Assembly (NCBI GenBank): GCA_964618905.1 | Contig: CAZUDK010000003.1 | Location: 9,783 to 73,782 of the forward strand | DNA from: an uncultured Candidatus Saccharibacteria bacterium | Lineage (GTDB): Bacteria; Patescibacteriota; Minisyncoccia; Phycocordibacterales; Zambryskibacteraceae | Direction: 5' to 3' | DNA: 64,000 nucleotides | In this document: one piece after another, positions 8,562 to 17,913 of the stretch | Layout: every line of letters begins with the position of its first letter | Position numbering within the stretch: the stretch's first letter is position 1 | Made by a program: the position numbers and the translations under genes | Notes under the pieces: generated by a model | Seen by the model: only the letters and a program-made list of their open reading frames with translations | Told to the model about the DNA's origin: nothing | Databases searched by the model: none

Positions 8562-8609
8562 TCAAACGTAGAAACAATAGCGGAAAATAGGCGGATTTTC
8601 AACATGGCG

Positions 8610-8634
8610 GTAAGATATACCCCTTCATTGCGTT
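8610..8634 (+). promoter_or_regulatory. Putative ECF-sigma promoter GTAAG-N16-CGTT
   Basis: 12 bp upstream of ATG 8647. Confidence 0.65.
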
Positions 8635-8646
8635 TAATAACTTACT

Positions 8647-9048
8647 ATGAACAAAACAATATCAGCAATATTAATAATCATTGTTGTCATTATTGCGGGG
8701 TACTTCCTCTTCTTCAGGAACGGAGGAATAGATTACACTTCTGATGATGGAGGAGCAGCTGTTAATGATGCTTTAAACGGCAATAACAGCAATCAGGAAG
8801 AGCCTATGTCTATTGAAGACTATATATCCACCAATATTTCAAGCTTAGTCGGAGATAATGCGGATATTTCAACAGAAGGAGTTAGTTTCGATGTAACTAG
8901 TGTAGAGGCTGTTGACGGTACCGGTACGGCATACTTTGACGATGGAACTAATTCTTACATGGCAGATTTCACCTATTCTATAGATGAGAATGGCGTTATA
9001 AGCATTAATTCATTCACAGTCTATCCAATTATCGGAGAAAAGGGTTAG
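8647..9048 (+). CDS. Membrane-anchored acidic extracellular hypothetical protein
   Basis: N-terminal TM helix followed by D/E/N-rich domain. Confidence 0.75.
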   Translation: MNKTISAILIIIVVIIAGYFLFFRNGGIDYTSDDGGAAVNDALNGNNSNQEEPMSIEDYISTNISSLVGDNADISTEGVSFDVTSVEAVDGTGTAYFDDGTNSYMADFTYSIDENGVISINSFTVYPIIGEKG

Positions 9049-9063
9049 AGATTATTTACCTAA

Positions 9064-10806
9064 TCAATTGAAAGGCGAAGGCGGGGGCCCTTCTCTATCA
9101 GGCGGAATCTCGTAATAGCTGATAAGGAATTTGGCAGTATTGAAGAATGCATCGGTTAATGTCTCTGAAGCATATTGCACATCCTTTGGGTAATAGGTGT
9201 ATAAGAAGATCAAAAATTTCGGATCATAAGATGGGAAGTATCCGAAAAATGAGTGCAGGTATCTATTTTGGTAGTAGCCTCCACCGCCTTCTTTAGCAAT
9301 TTGAGCTGTACCGGTTTTAGCACCGATACTGTATCTATCAAGACGCATGCTTCCCTCTCTTAAAACATAATCAACAGAAGCAGTAAGCATGCGTGAAATT
9401 TCTTCTGAAGTTTCCGGCTTGATAACCTGTTTTCCTTTAGGATACTCAATAGTTTTTGAAGTGCCGAGGTCGTATTTTATTTCTTTCACAAGATGAGGCT
9501 TGATGAGGTAGCCTCCATTAGCTAGTGAGGAAAGAGCTCTTGTGGTGATTATGGGAGTCAAAGCTATACCTTGTCCGAAAGAGGCTTCAGCAAGCTCCAG
9601 ATCTCTACCTGTGCTGAGATTCGAGATGAGCGATTTGCCTTCATTCGGCAGATCTATATCTGTAAGTTCCCCGAGAGCGAAATTCTTCATATAATCCGCA
9701 AATTTTTTATTACCCATTTTCGAGACTACAAAAGCTGCGCCGGTATTGAGAGAATAAGAGAGCACTTCCTGCATTGTTACCGCAGAGCCATGAGACTCGC
9801 CGTCATAATTGCAGAATGTCTTAGTGTTGAGAGTCATGCAGCCGGGGTCATTAAAAGTAGTATTTGCGGTTATGACACCAGAATCCAGCCCTGACGCAAT
9901 TGTGAGAGCTTTAATTATCGAACCCATTTCATATCTGTCTTCGACAAGCTTGTCTCTGAAAACAGCCGAGCTCTCTTGTTCCTCCGGAGCATTAGGATCA
10001 AAAGGAGGCCACTGAGCCATAGCTCTTATCTCACCGGTCTTTGGGTCGATAATTATGCCTCCGCTAAATTCAGAATGATATTGCTCTTCGATTTTCTCCA
10101 ATTGCTGCTCTAGGAAAGCTTGAACTGAAGGTTCTAGGGTTGTGACTATGTCGCCTTCCAAGCTGTTTTCTTTTGAAACACTCTTTTTGATATTGGAAAA
10201 CATTTCTACGAAGAAATTAACAAATGCGCTGTCTCCCTCGCGGTCCAGAGTTGAATCGTAATATCTTTCCAACCCGTATCGTCCAGATAAAACATTGCCT
10301 TTATACCCCATGAAGCCTATTGTGTGCGCTGCCATTTCTTTTCCGGGGTATACTCGCCACCTCTGCCTAAATACTGAAATTCCTGGAATACCTAAATCCT
10401 GTATCTTTTCTGCAGTATCTTCTGAAAGGTGTTCTGCTACAACTTCATAAGGGTCATCTTTCTTGCCTGCTCTGGCAAAGAAATCATCATGGTCAATTGG
10501 TGTGATGACTGAAAGTTTGCTGTATGCTTCCTGGGCAGTAGAATTCGTTTGAAGAATTCTAGGATTTATAGAAAGCAAAAAGCCGGACTCCACAGTAGCT
10601 GCCGGTACGAGAACACCGTCTTTGGTGGTGAAGAAAATAGAGCCTCTGTCGAAGTAGTTTGCTCCTGCTACATATTGATGTTCCGCTCTCTCTCTAAAGG
10701 TGTCTCCAGATACGATTTGTATAAAATACAGTTTGGTTATCAGAATCAGGGCTATTACTAGTATTCCGATCGAAAGTAGGCGTAGTCTTAAGTGGAATTC
10801 TTTCAT
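9064..10806 (-). CDS. ftsI: Class B penicillin-binding protein (FtsI/PBP2 family)
   Basis: N-terminal TM, EMGSIIK (SxxK), SLN (SxN), KTGTAQ; follows mraZ-rsmH-ftsL-like genes. Confidence 0.88.
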   Translation of the reverse strand: MKEFHLRLRLLSIGILVIALILITKLYFIQIVSGDTFRERAEHQYVAGANYFDRGSIFFTTKDGVLVPAATVESGFLLSINPRILQTNSTAQEAYSKLSVITPIDHDDFFARAGKKDDPYEVVAEHLSEDTAEKIQDLGIPGISVFRQRWRVYPGKEMAAHTIGFMGYKGNVLSGRYGLERYYDSTLDREGDSAFVNFFVEMFSNIKKSVSKENSLEGDIVTTLEPSVQAFLEQQLEKIEEQYHSEFSGGIIIDPKTGEIRAMAQWPPFDPNAPEEQESSAVFRDKLVEDRYEMGSIIKALTIASGLDSGVITANTTFNDPGCMTLNTKTFCNYDGESHGSAVTMQEVLSYSLNTGAAFVVSKMGNKKFADYMKNFALGELTDIDLPNEGKSLISNLSTGRDLELAEASFGQGIALTPIITTRALSSLANGGYLIKPHLVKEIKYDLGTSKTIEYPKGKQVIKPETSEEISRMLTASVDYVLREGSMRLDRYSIGAKTGTAQIAKEGGGGYYQNRYLHSFFGYFPSYDPKFLIFLYTYYPKDVQYASETLTDAFFNTAKFLISYYEIPPDREGPPPSPFN

Positions 10807-10871
10807 AGCGTTTGCTTGGGCGAATTTTGAAACTTAATTTTACCGCAACCGCTCTCGTGTGCCTAATTTAT

Positions 10872-11195
10872 TTAATTGTTTTGAGTATTGTATGAGAGAG
10901 TACCTGCGCTTCCTCTTGAGATATAAATAGGTTCGGAAGCATTATGAAGGCCGCGAGCGTAAGCCATCTCGATATTTATTCCTTGGCTCTTTTGAATGCG
11001 AGCAAATTCAAGATTACTCTGCTCCACAGACAGTCTGGCGACCTCAGTTTCAAGTCCTTGTCTGAGTGCAGTGTTTCTTATGGTCATATTTACAGCGTAT
11101 ATATAAACAGATAGTGAGATTATGCAAATTGAAGTCAAAACCCAAAAGACTTTGATGCGCGCATCGTATGAAATTATTTTTGTTTTGTATGCCAT
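10872..11195 (-). CDS. FtsL-like bitopic membrane protein
   Basis: TM plus coiled coil, ends A..RGL; position between rsmH and PBP. Confidence 0.65.
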   Translation of the reverse strand: MAYKTKIISYDARIKVFWVLTSICIISLSVYIYAVNMTIRNTALRQGLETEVARLSVEQSNLEFARIQKSQGINIEMAYARGLHNASEPIYISRGSAGTLSYNTQNN

Positions 11196-11208
11196 ATTTT
11201 GATGTACT

Positions 11209-12108
11209 TTAAATTTTTCTTAATCCTCGAAGCTTGGCGCTCCTTGATCTTTTATTCACTACTTTTTCCTCTTCGGAAGGTGTAATGGGTTTTTTGGTCA
11301 ATATCTCCCCTTCACCTGCTCTGCTCTTTTCTCTGAAGAAATTTTTTACCAGTCTGTCTTCGAGTGAATGGAATGAGATGACCGCGAATCTCCCGCCCGC
11401 TCTCAGATTCTTAAAGCCTGCTTCAAGTCCTTTCTCAAGAGTGTCTAGCTCCTGATTGGCTGCTATACGCAGAGCTTGGAAGACTCTTGTTGCTGGATGA
11501 ATCTTGTTTCTGTGATAAGAGGCTGGAGTAGCTTCTTTGAGAACTTCAACAAGATCAAAAGTTGTAGCAAAAGGTCCTCTCTCTTCCCTTCTCTCGACAA
11601 TTTTCCTGGCTATTTTCCTTGAATATTTTTCTTCGCCGAACCCTCGGAAGATGATTTCCAGAGTGTTTTCGTCAAAAGTATTCAGTATCTCTTTGGCAGT
11701 CAGATCTTCTTCATCAGGGTTGCTCTTCATGGTCATCAGCAGCGGTTCATCTTTTAAGAAAGAGAATCCTCTGCCAGACTCTTCGAGCTGATCGGAAGAG
11801 ATGCCGAGATCGAACAGAATGGCATCCACTTCTGAAACGCCGAGTTCATCAAGAACTGATTCCAAGTCTTTGAAGCTGGCAACCACTCCTGTAAAGTCGA
11901 TTCCAAGCGGCTCAAGGCGGCTTCGGCTTCTAGCTACAGCGTCTTCATCTCTGTCTAAGCCGATAATCCTTACTTTGCCACTGGATTTTTCAGCTATGTA
12001 TGCCGAGTGTCCGCCGGAGCCGAGAGTACCATCTAAGAAAGTCTCGCCGGCTTGTATATTCAAGAGATCAGAGACCTCATGTAAAAGAACTGGTATGTGT
12101 TTATGCAT
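11209..12108 (-). CDS. rsmH: 16S rRNA m4C1402 methyltransferase RsmH
   Basis: HIPVLL, DGTLGSGGHS, DLGISS, FQALRI, SFHSLEDR, RSAKLR. Confidence 0.97.
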   Translation of the reverse strand: MHKHIPVLLHEVSDLLNIQAGETFLDGTLGSGGHSAYIAEKSSGKVRIIGLDRDEDAVARSRSRLEPLGIDFTGVVASFKDLESVLDELGVSEVDAILFDLGISSDQLEESGRGFSFLKDEPLLMTMKSNPDEEDLTAKEILNTFDENTLEIIFRGFGEEKYSRKIARKIVERREERGPFATTFDLVEVLKEATPASYHRNKIHPATRVFQALRIAANQELDTLEKGLEAGFKNLRAGGRFAVISFHSLEDRLVKNFFREKSRAGEGEILTKKPITPSEEEKVVNKRSRSAKLRGLRKI

Positions 12109-12145
12109 CGGACTTTTAGCTTTAACCCTTTTAACTGAAGGCTTA

Positions 12146-12580
12146 TCAGTTTATGCCGACAGTACCTAGCTTCTCTGCCATCATGTCCGCCTGGGACTCT
12201 ATCCTCTTCTTGTAAGTATCCCAGCGCTTGTCCTGCCAGATTTCTATGCGGTCATGAACTCCTGCAAAGACTGCCAGATTCTTAATTCCTCCAAACTCTC
12301 TCAAGTAGTCTGGAATAAGGATTCGGCCCATAGAGTCCACGTCTATTTCTGAAGCGCCGGAGAACATGAATCGGGTAAAGCCTCGGCTGTCCGTCTGCAT
12401 CAGTCCGAGCTTGGACATCTCTTTCGAGATCTCCTCCCACGTCTTGTGAGGAAAGAGGAAGAGACAATTATCTAGGCCACGGGTAACCACCACTTTCTTG
12501 CCAAGTTCTTTTTTAAATTTGGCCGGCAGCAAAATGCGGTTCTTGTCGTCTACTGTGTGTCTGTATTCGCCTATGAACAT
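12146..12580 (-). CDS. mraZ: Transcriptional regulator MraZ
   Basis: MFIGEYRHTVDDKNRI, DSMGRILIP, IEIW. Confidence 0.97.
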   Translation of the reverse strand: MFIGEYRHTVDDKNRILLPAKFKKELGKKVVVTRGLDNCLFLFPHKTWEEISKEMSKLGLMQTDSRGFTRFMFSGASEIDVDSMGRILIPDYLREFGGIKNLAVFAGVHDRIEIWQDKRWDTYKKRIESQADMMAEKLGTVGIN

Positions 12581-12597
12581 AATGAATTTGTCTCATA

Positions 12598-12642
12598 CCA
12601 CTTTCTCCCACTTAGTTGATATTTTATCCCACCAAGCGCCAC
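12598..12642 (-). promoter_or_regulatory. MraZ-binding GTGG repeats
   Basis: CCAC on + strand at 12598, 12608, 12629, 12639 (about 10-bp phasing) upstream of mraZ. Confidence 0.75.
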
Positions 12643-12655
12643 ATTAATAGACGAG

Positions 12656-12664
12656 TTATCCACA
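12656..12664 (+). promoter_or_regulatory. Perfect DnaA box upstream of mraZ operon
   Basis: TTATCCACA. Confidence 0.55.
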
Positions 12665-12802
12665 TTTTTCTGTCCTATATCTGATACAACTGTCTTTTTG
12701 CTTATGTAAATGTCTGGAATATGAATAATGTCCTTGCCTGCCCCGTAGGAAGCGAAGCTTTCCTTTGGGGTCCTATAGGATTTGTCTTTTGTTTCAGATC
12801 AA

Positions 12803-12840
12803 TTAAAAAACACAGAGCCTTTGACTCTGTGTTTTTTTAA
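12803..12840 (-). terminator. gyrB terminator
   Basis: AAAAAACACAGAG-CCTTTGA-CTCTGTGTTTTTT. Confidence 0.85.
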
Positions 12841-12861
12841 GTTTTAAATCTTTAAGAAGTT

Positions 12862-14952
12862 TTAGACGTCCAGTGTGGCCTTCTTAGCGTTCGATTGGAT
12901 GAAGCTCTTTCTTGCAGGAACATCTGTACCCATTAGAACATCGAAGATGCGGTCTGCTTCGCGTGCGTCTTCTACTGCTACTTGTTTGAGCACTCGCCTC
13001 TCTGGGTCCATAGTAGTTTCCCACAACTCGTCTGAGTTCATTTCTCCAAGACCTTTGTATCTTTGGATTGAGAATTTCTTGGACTTAGTAGATTTCTTAT
13101 CTTCTTTATCCTCTGTTTCGACCTCCTCTTCTTCGCTCTCTGGTCTGTCTTCTTCAACTTCCTCAACTTCGGCGTTCTTACCGACTATTCCTTCTTTGTC
13201 TTCGTCGCTGTATGCATAATATATAGCCTTGCCTTGGCGGATCTTGTATAGAGGCGGCTGAGCAATGTAAACGAATCCTGCATCAATTAGAGGTCTGAAA
13301 TATCTATAAAGAAGAGTCAGAAGAAGAGTGCGGATATGCGCGCCGTCTACGTCCGCATCGGTGGCGATGATGATCTTGTGATAGCGGAGCTTTTCTATAT
13401 CAAATGTGTCGCCTATGGCTGTGCCGAAAGCTACCACTAGGTTTTTGATCTGTTCGCTGGAGAGCATTCTGTCGAGTCGGGCTCTTTCTATGTTCAAAAT
13501 TTTGCCTCGAAGCGGCAGGATGGCCTGGATCTTTCTGTCTCGGCCCATCTTAGCAGTACCGCCTGCCGAGTCTCCCTCTACAATGAACAATTCTGAATTA
13601 TCCGCAGAGCGGGATTCGCAGTCTGCCAATTTGCCCGGCAGGGTCATTCCTTCAAGAGCACCTTTGCGAAGGACGGAATCCTTAGCTGCCTTGGCGGCTT
13701 TCCTTGCCTTCAGAGCCAGCACTACTTTCTGGATTATAGCTTTGGCATCATCAGGATTTTCTTCAAGGAAGGTTGAGAAAGCATCACCAAACACTGATGT
13801 CACCATGCTTTGAGCTTCCACTGAGCCAAGTTTGCCCTTAGTCTGACCTTCAAACTGTATTTCCTGAAGCTTTACTGAGACTACGGCAGTTAAACCTTCC
13901 AAGACATCATCTCCAGTGAAGTTGTCTTCTTTCTCACTTACAAGATTATTCTTGCGGGCATAGGTATTGAGGCTTCTGGTAAGAGCTGTCTTGAAGCCTG
14001 TGATGTGCGTACCGCCTTCAGCTGTGTATATATTGTTTGCGAACGGCAGGATTCTGGCGGAAATGTCATCAACATACTGAAGAGCTACTTCAACAGTCTC
14101 GTATTCATTTTGGCCTGCCGCCTTTTCTACGTAAAAGATATTCTTGTGTATAGGCTTTTGATGCTGATTTTCAAATCTTACGAGAGAGACAAGTCCGCCT
14201 TCAAAATAGAAAGACATCGAAGGTGTCTCCAGTCCAAGCTCTCTAATGTAGAAAGTTTCAGTATCTTTTATATCTGAAATTTCTCTAGCATCTATGATGC
14301 TTATGCGGAGCTTTTTAACTAAGTATGCCTGTTGGCGCAGATGATCTACGATCTTGTTGAATTTAAAATCTGTGTCCGGGAAAATTTCTGGATCTGGTTG
14401 GAATGTAATGATAGTCCCCTGCTTTTTAGATGCGCTGATCTTTTTTACAGGTCCTTTTTTCTTACCTCTTGAGTATTCTTGGACATATCTGCCGCCGTCC
14501 TTGTGCACTTCGGCGCGGCAATATACTGAAAGGGCGTTGACGACCGAACCGCCCACACCATGAAGACCTCCGGAGACTTTATAGCCTTCCCCTCCGAATT
14601 TTCCTCCAGCATGCAGAGTGGTCATGATGGTCTCGAGAGCGGAGACTTTGCTTTGTTTGTGTATGTCTACAGGAATTCCTCGACCATTGTCTGTGACGCG
14701 AATTTTGTTACCCGGAAGAAGTGTTACTTCTATATCATCGGCGAATCCGCCCATGGCTTCATCGCGAGAGTTGTCAAAAATCTCCCACACCATGTGGTGC
14801 AGGCCTTCCGGACCGGTAGTGCCGATATACATTCCGGGGCGCTTGCGTACCGGTTCAAGACCTTCCAGAACTGTAATAGATTCGGCGCTGTAGTTGCTGC
14901 TCTTTCCCCCGCCAGAACGGCTAGGTTTTTCTTGTCGGGCTGGTTTCGGCAT
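12862..14952 (-). CDS. gyrB: DNA gyrase subunit B
   Basis: VRKRPGMYIG, DNGRGIP, GGLHGVG, VEGDSAGG, PLRGKILN, DADVDG, RYKGLGEM. Confidence 0.95.
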   Translation of the reverse strand: MPKPARQEKPSRSGGGKSSNYSAESITVLEGLEPVRKRPGMYIGTTGPEGLHHMVWEIFDNSRDEAMGGFADDIEVTLLPGNKIRVTDNGRGIPVDIHKQSKVSALETIMTTLHAGGKFGGEGYKVSGGLHGVGGSVVNALSVYCRAEVHKDGGRYVQEYSRGKKKGPVKKISASKKQGTIITFQPDPEIFPDTDFKFNKIVDHLRQQAYLVKKLRISIIDAREISDIKDTETFYIRELGLETPSMSFYFEGGLVSLVRFENQHQKPIHKNIFYVEKAAGQNEYETVEVALQYVDDISARILPFANNIYTAEGGTHITGFKTALTRSLNTYARKNNLVSEKEDNFTGDDVLEGLTAVVSVKLQEIQFEGQTKGKLGSVEAQSMVTSVFGDAFSTFLEENPDDAKAIIQKVVLALKARKAAKAAKDSVLRKGALEGMTLPGKLADCESRSADNSELFIVEGDSAGGTAKMGRDRKIQAILPLRGKILNIERARLDRMLSSEQIKNLVVAFGTAIGDTFDIEKLRYHKIIIATDADVDGAHIRTLLLTLLYRYFRPLIDAGFVYIAQPPLYKIRQGKAIYYAYSDEDKEGIVGKNAEVEEVEEDRPESEEEEVETEDKEDKKSTKSKKFSIQRYKGLGEMNSDELWETTMDPERRVLKQVAVEDAREADRIFDVLMGTDVPARKSFIQSNAKKATLDV

Positions 14953-15072
14953 GTTGTTTTAAGTGCTTATATTTTAGCACAAATCCAGCTTAAAAGAAAG
15001 GTATTTCAGAGGCTTTTTGAGCATGGAAAACCCCGCCTGAACATAAAGCTCGGGCGGGGCTAACTGCAGAAT

Positions 15073-15393
15073 TCATGGAGCAAACCACTGACAAATGTCA
15101 GCAGTGAGAAAGTGCTCTGCCATCTCCTTGAACTCTTCCTCGGTCAGGAGATGTTCCACACCATCGTACCAAACTCTGATGTTGCGAATGCTCCCTACGA
15201 AGTCAACTTTCATGAGATGTTGACCTTGGTAGTCTGGCTCATCTGGCAGGGCTGTGTTGCCTGCATGAGGCTTGTGAACATATATCATACCGTCCATCGG
15301 CAGTACGCGGAAAGTGCCTTCCGGCCACACTCGCGCCGCTTTGTTCACCACGCGCCTCAGATAGTTGTACACACGGCTTTCAATGGTCTCCAC
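15073..15393 (-). CDS. Hypothetical protein (106 aa)
   Basis: GTG start with AGGGAG SD, TTGACT promoter upstream, hairpin 15031-15059 downstream. Confidence 0.6.
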   Translation of the reverse strand: METIESRVYNYLRRVVNKAARVWPEGTFRVLPMDGMIYVHKPHAGNTALPDEPDYQGQHLMKVDFVGSIRNIRVWYDGVEHLLTEEEFKEMAEHFLTADICQWFAP

Positions 15394-15466
15394 TTTGTCT
15401 CCCTCTTCTGCTGGTGAAAGAAATGTTCCAGTAGAACCTTACAATAAACAATCTCAAAGTCAAAGG

Positions 15467-16609
15467 TTACTCTCGGCGGATTTCGGCGCCGAAATCCGCC
15501 TCTGTCTTATCCTCGATTTGCTGCTGAATTTTGTTAACCTCTTCGTTGGTCAATGTTTTCTCCAAGTCTCTGTAGGTGATGCGGTAGGTGTAGCTTTTTC
15601 TGTCTTTGCCAAACTTGTCATCGTTCTCGTATTCGTCGATCAGAGCCACCTCTTCTATGAGATCGCCTCCGACGTCCCGTATCAGGTCGAAGTAGTCGTT
15701 CGGTACGAAGCTCTTAGACACAATAAAAGATATGTCTCGAACCACCGGTGGAAATTTTGAAACTTCCTTGTACTTTTGCCCTAGAACCATCTGCTTCTTC
15801 ACTCGTTCATCGTCTGACCACAGGAGGCGAATGTCAGGAAGATCCATGCTTATCATCGCCCAGCGTTCAATGCCGGAGCCGAAGGCCCACCCGTTATATA
15901 CAGAAGAATCTATACCGAGCTTCTCAAGAACAGAAGGCTTCACTACCCCGCTGCCGAGTATCTCAAGCCAGTCATCTCCTCTCTTAACCTCAATTTCGGT
16001 TGAAGGATGAGTGTATGGGAAAGTTTCTTCCGCGAAGCGGAATTCTGTTTCTGGTCCAAAAACAGCCTTTACTATCTTTGTCTCTACATCTTGAAGATCC
16101 TTGAGGGTTATTTCTTTCTCTGTCTTTGGCACAAGGTAAAGACCGTCAATTTGGTGGAAGACGTTCATGTGCTTGCGGTCTATTTCGTCTTTCCTGTAAA
16201 CCTTGCCGTGGCAGAAAACTCCTATTGTCTCTCTGTTAGCCATCTTCTCTTTGGCTCTTTCTGAGTTTAGATAGTAGTACCAATAAACTGTGGTATGAGG
16301 ACGCAGAATATATTCATCATTTACATAGTATGTGTCAGATCTGCTCCTTGCTGGATGATCTTGAGCAAAGTCGAAAAGGTCAAAGGCGATGCTGGTTGGC
16401 ACTATCTCAGGTACCTGGGCTATGTCGAAGTCTTTAAAGTCCGGAATTTCGGTTATTCTCTCGACTAGCTGCTCTAAGGGGTTGCCCGGAGTCCTCGATA
16501 GGTCAGGCATAGCGAGGAAGCGCTTGAGTCTCTCTGATTCTGGATCATGTTTTGATTCAAGCTCAACCTTAAGAGCCTCTTCCTCTGGTGAATCTATCTT
16601 TATATTCAT
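15467..16609 (-). CDS. pheS: Single-chain phenylalanine--tRNA ligase (catalytic domain fused to FDX-ACB anticodon-binding domain)
   Basis: HPAR..DTYY, VYRKDEID..H..VFHQ, FPYTHPS, AFGSGIER, DIRLLW, then SKFPPVVRDISF..KSYTYRITYR..KTLT. Confidence 0.9.
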   Translation of the reverse strand: MNIKIDSPEEEALKVELESKHDPESERLKRFLAMPDLSRTPGNPLEQLVERITEIPDFKDFDIAQVPEIVPTSIAFDLFDFAQDHPARSRSDTYYVNDEYILRPHTTVYWYYYLNSERAKEKMANRETIGVFCHGKVYRKDEIDRKHMNVFHQIDGLYLVPKTEKEITLKDLQDVETKIVKAVFGPETEFRFAEETFPYTHPSTEIEVKRGDDWLEILGSGVVKPSVLEKLGIDSSVYNGWAFGSGIERWAMISMDLPDIRLLWSDDERVKKQMVLGQKYKEVSKFPPVVRDISFIVSKSFVPNDYFDLIRDVGGDLIEEVALIDEYENDDKFGKDRKSYTYRITYRDLEKTLTNEEVNKIQQQIEDKTEADFGAEIRRE

Positions 16610-16668
16610 AAGTTGAAATTATGCCATAAAACATCTATAATGTATAAGATTTAGAGCAATTCAGCCAC

Positions 16669-17913
16669 ATGGACCCCCATCTCTTGATTTTGTATTTCTC
16701 GCTTTTCATATCTCTCTTTTTTGAGGTTTTTCTTCTTATTACATACATTGAAATCCACGGAGAAATAAAAAGAGAGAATGAGTGGGCTGCCAAGGAGCCC
16801 AAAAATTTCCCTACCGTTACGATAGTAGTACCCTGCTTTAATGAAGAAAAAACTGTCGCAAAGACAGTAGAATCCATTTTTAACCTGGACTATCCTCGTG
16901 AGAAGCTGTTTGTCATTCTTGTAAATGACGGCTCAAAGGACGGTACTCTTAAAGTATTAAATAGTTTCAAGGATCATTCCAATGTCATGATTATAGACAA
17001 GGAGAATGGCGGCAAGCACACGGCCGTCAATGCTGCTCTGGAGCATGTTCAGACTGATCTGGTAGGCTGTCTCGATGCGGATTCCTTTGTTACGCCGGAA
17101 GCACTCAGGAAGATAATTCCATATTTTGAAGACGGAAGCGTCATGGCTGTTACTCCTTCCATTAAAGTCCATGAGCCGAACTCTTTCCTGCAATATATAC
17201 AGAAGACAGAATACAGCTGGTCGATTTTCCTTCGAAGGATACTAGCTTCACTCAATGCCCTCTATGTTACCCCTGGCCCTTTCTCTATCTTCCGCACTCA
17301 GGTATTCAGAAAACTGGGAGGTTATAAATATGCTCATATGACAGAGGACATGGAAATGGCTATGAGAATGCAAAAACACAGATATAAGATAGTTAATTCA
17401 CACGAAGCGCATGTCTACACCGTTGCTCCTTCCACTCTTAAAGGTCTTGTTAAGCAGCGCTCACGTTGGGCGTACGGCTTCCTCAATAATGCTTTCGATT
17501 ATAGGGAGATGTTCTTCAATAGAAAGTACGGGCACTTCGGCATGTTTATATTGCCAATAGCCACTCTCTCCACCTTCACTTCTTTTGTAATGGTAAGCAA
17601 CGTTATCAAAGGCGGTATTACAAAGTTTATGGAAATTTTAAACCGATACCAGGCTGTTGGATTTAATTGGGATATGTCTTTACCGACTTTTGACTGGTAT
17701 TTCATAAATACGGGCGCACTGACAATAATTGTTGTCATGGCACTTGCTCTGACTCTCTCTATTATCTACTTGGCTCTTAAGCTTTCGGATGGAAAGTTTG
17801 AAATAAGTCGAAGCCTATTCTACTACCTGTTTGTATATGCGTTTCTTACCCCTCTTTGGCTCATAAAAGCCTTATTTGACATAGTCACAAGAAGAAAGGT
17901 AACCTGGAGATAA
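16669..17913 (+). CDS. Membrane glycosyltransferase family 2 (processive, PgaC/cellulose-synthase-like)
   Basis: VPCFNEE, NDGSKD, LDADS, TEDME, QRSRW (QxxRW); flanking TM helices. Confidence 0.9.
   Translation: MDPHLLILYFSLFISLFFEVFLLITYIEIHGEIKRENEWAAKEPKNFPTVTIVVPCFNEEKTVAKTVESIFNLDYPREKLFVILVNDGSKDGTLKVLNSFKDHSNVMIIDKENGGKHTAVNAALEHVQTDLVGCLDADSFVTPEALRKIIPYFEDGSVMAVTPSIKVHEPNSFLQYIQKTEYSWSIFLRRILASLNALYVTPGPFSIFRTQVFRKLGGYKYAHMTEDMEMAMRMQKHRYKIVNSHEAHVYTVAPSTLKGLVKQRSRWAYGFLNNAFDYREMFFNRKYGHFGMFILPIATLSTFTSFVMVSNVIKGGITKFMEILNRYQAVGFNWDMSLPTFDWYFINTGALTIIVVMALALTLSIIYLALKLSDGKFEISRSLFYYLFVYAFLTPLWLIKALFDIVTRRKVTWR

Noticed and set aside
8323-8577. 84-aa ORF on the minus strand
   Set aside because: Runs through tRNA-Glu and its repeat element; the same applies to 38463-38825 and 38630-38854 over tRNA-Ser.
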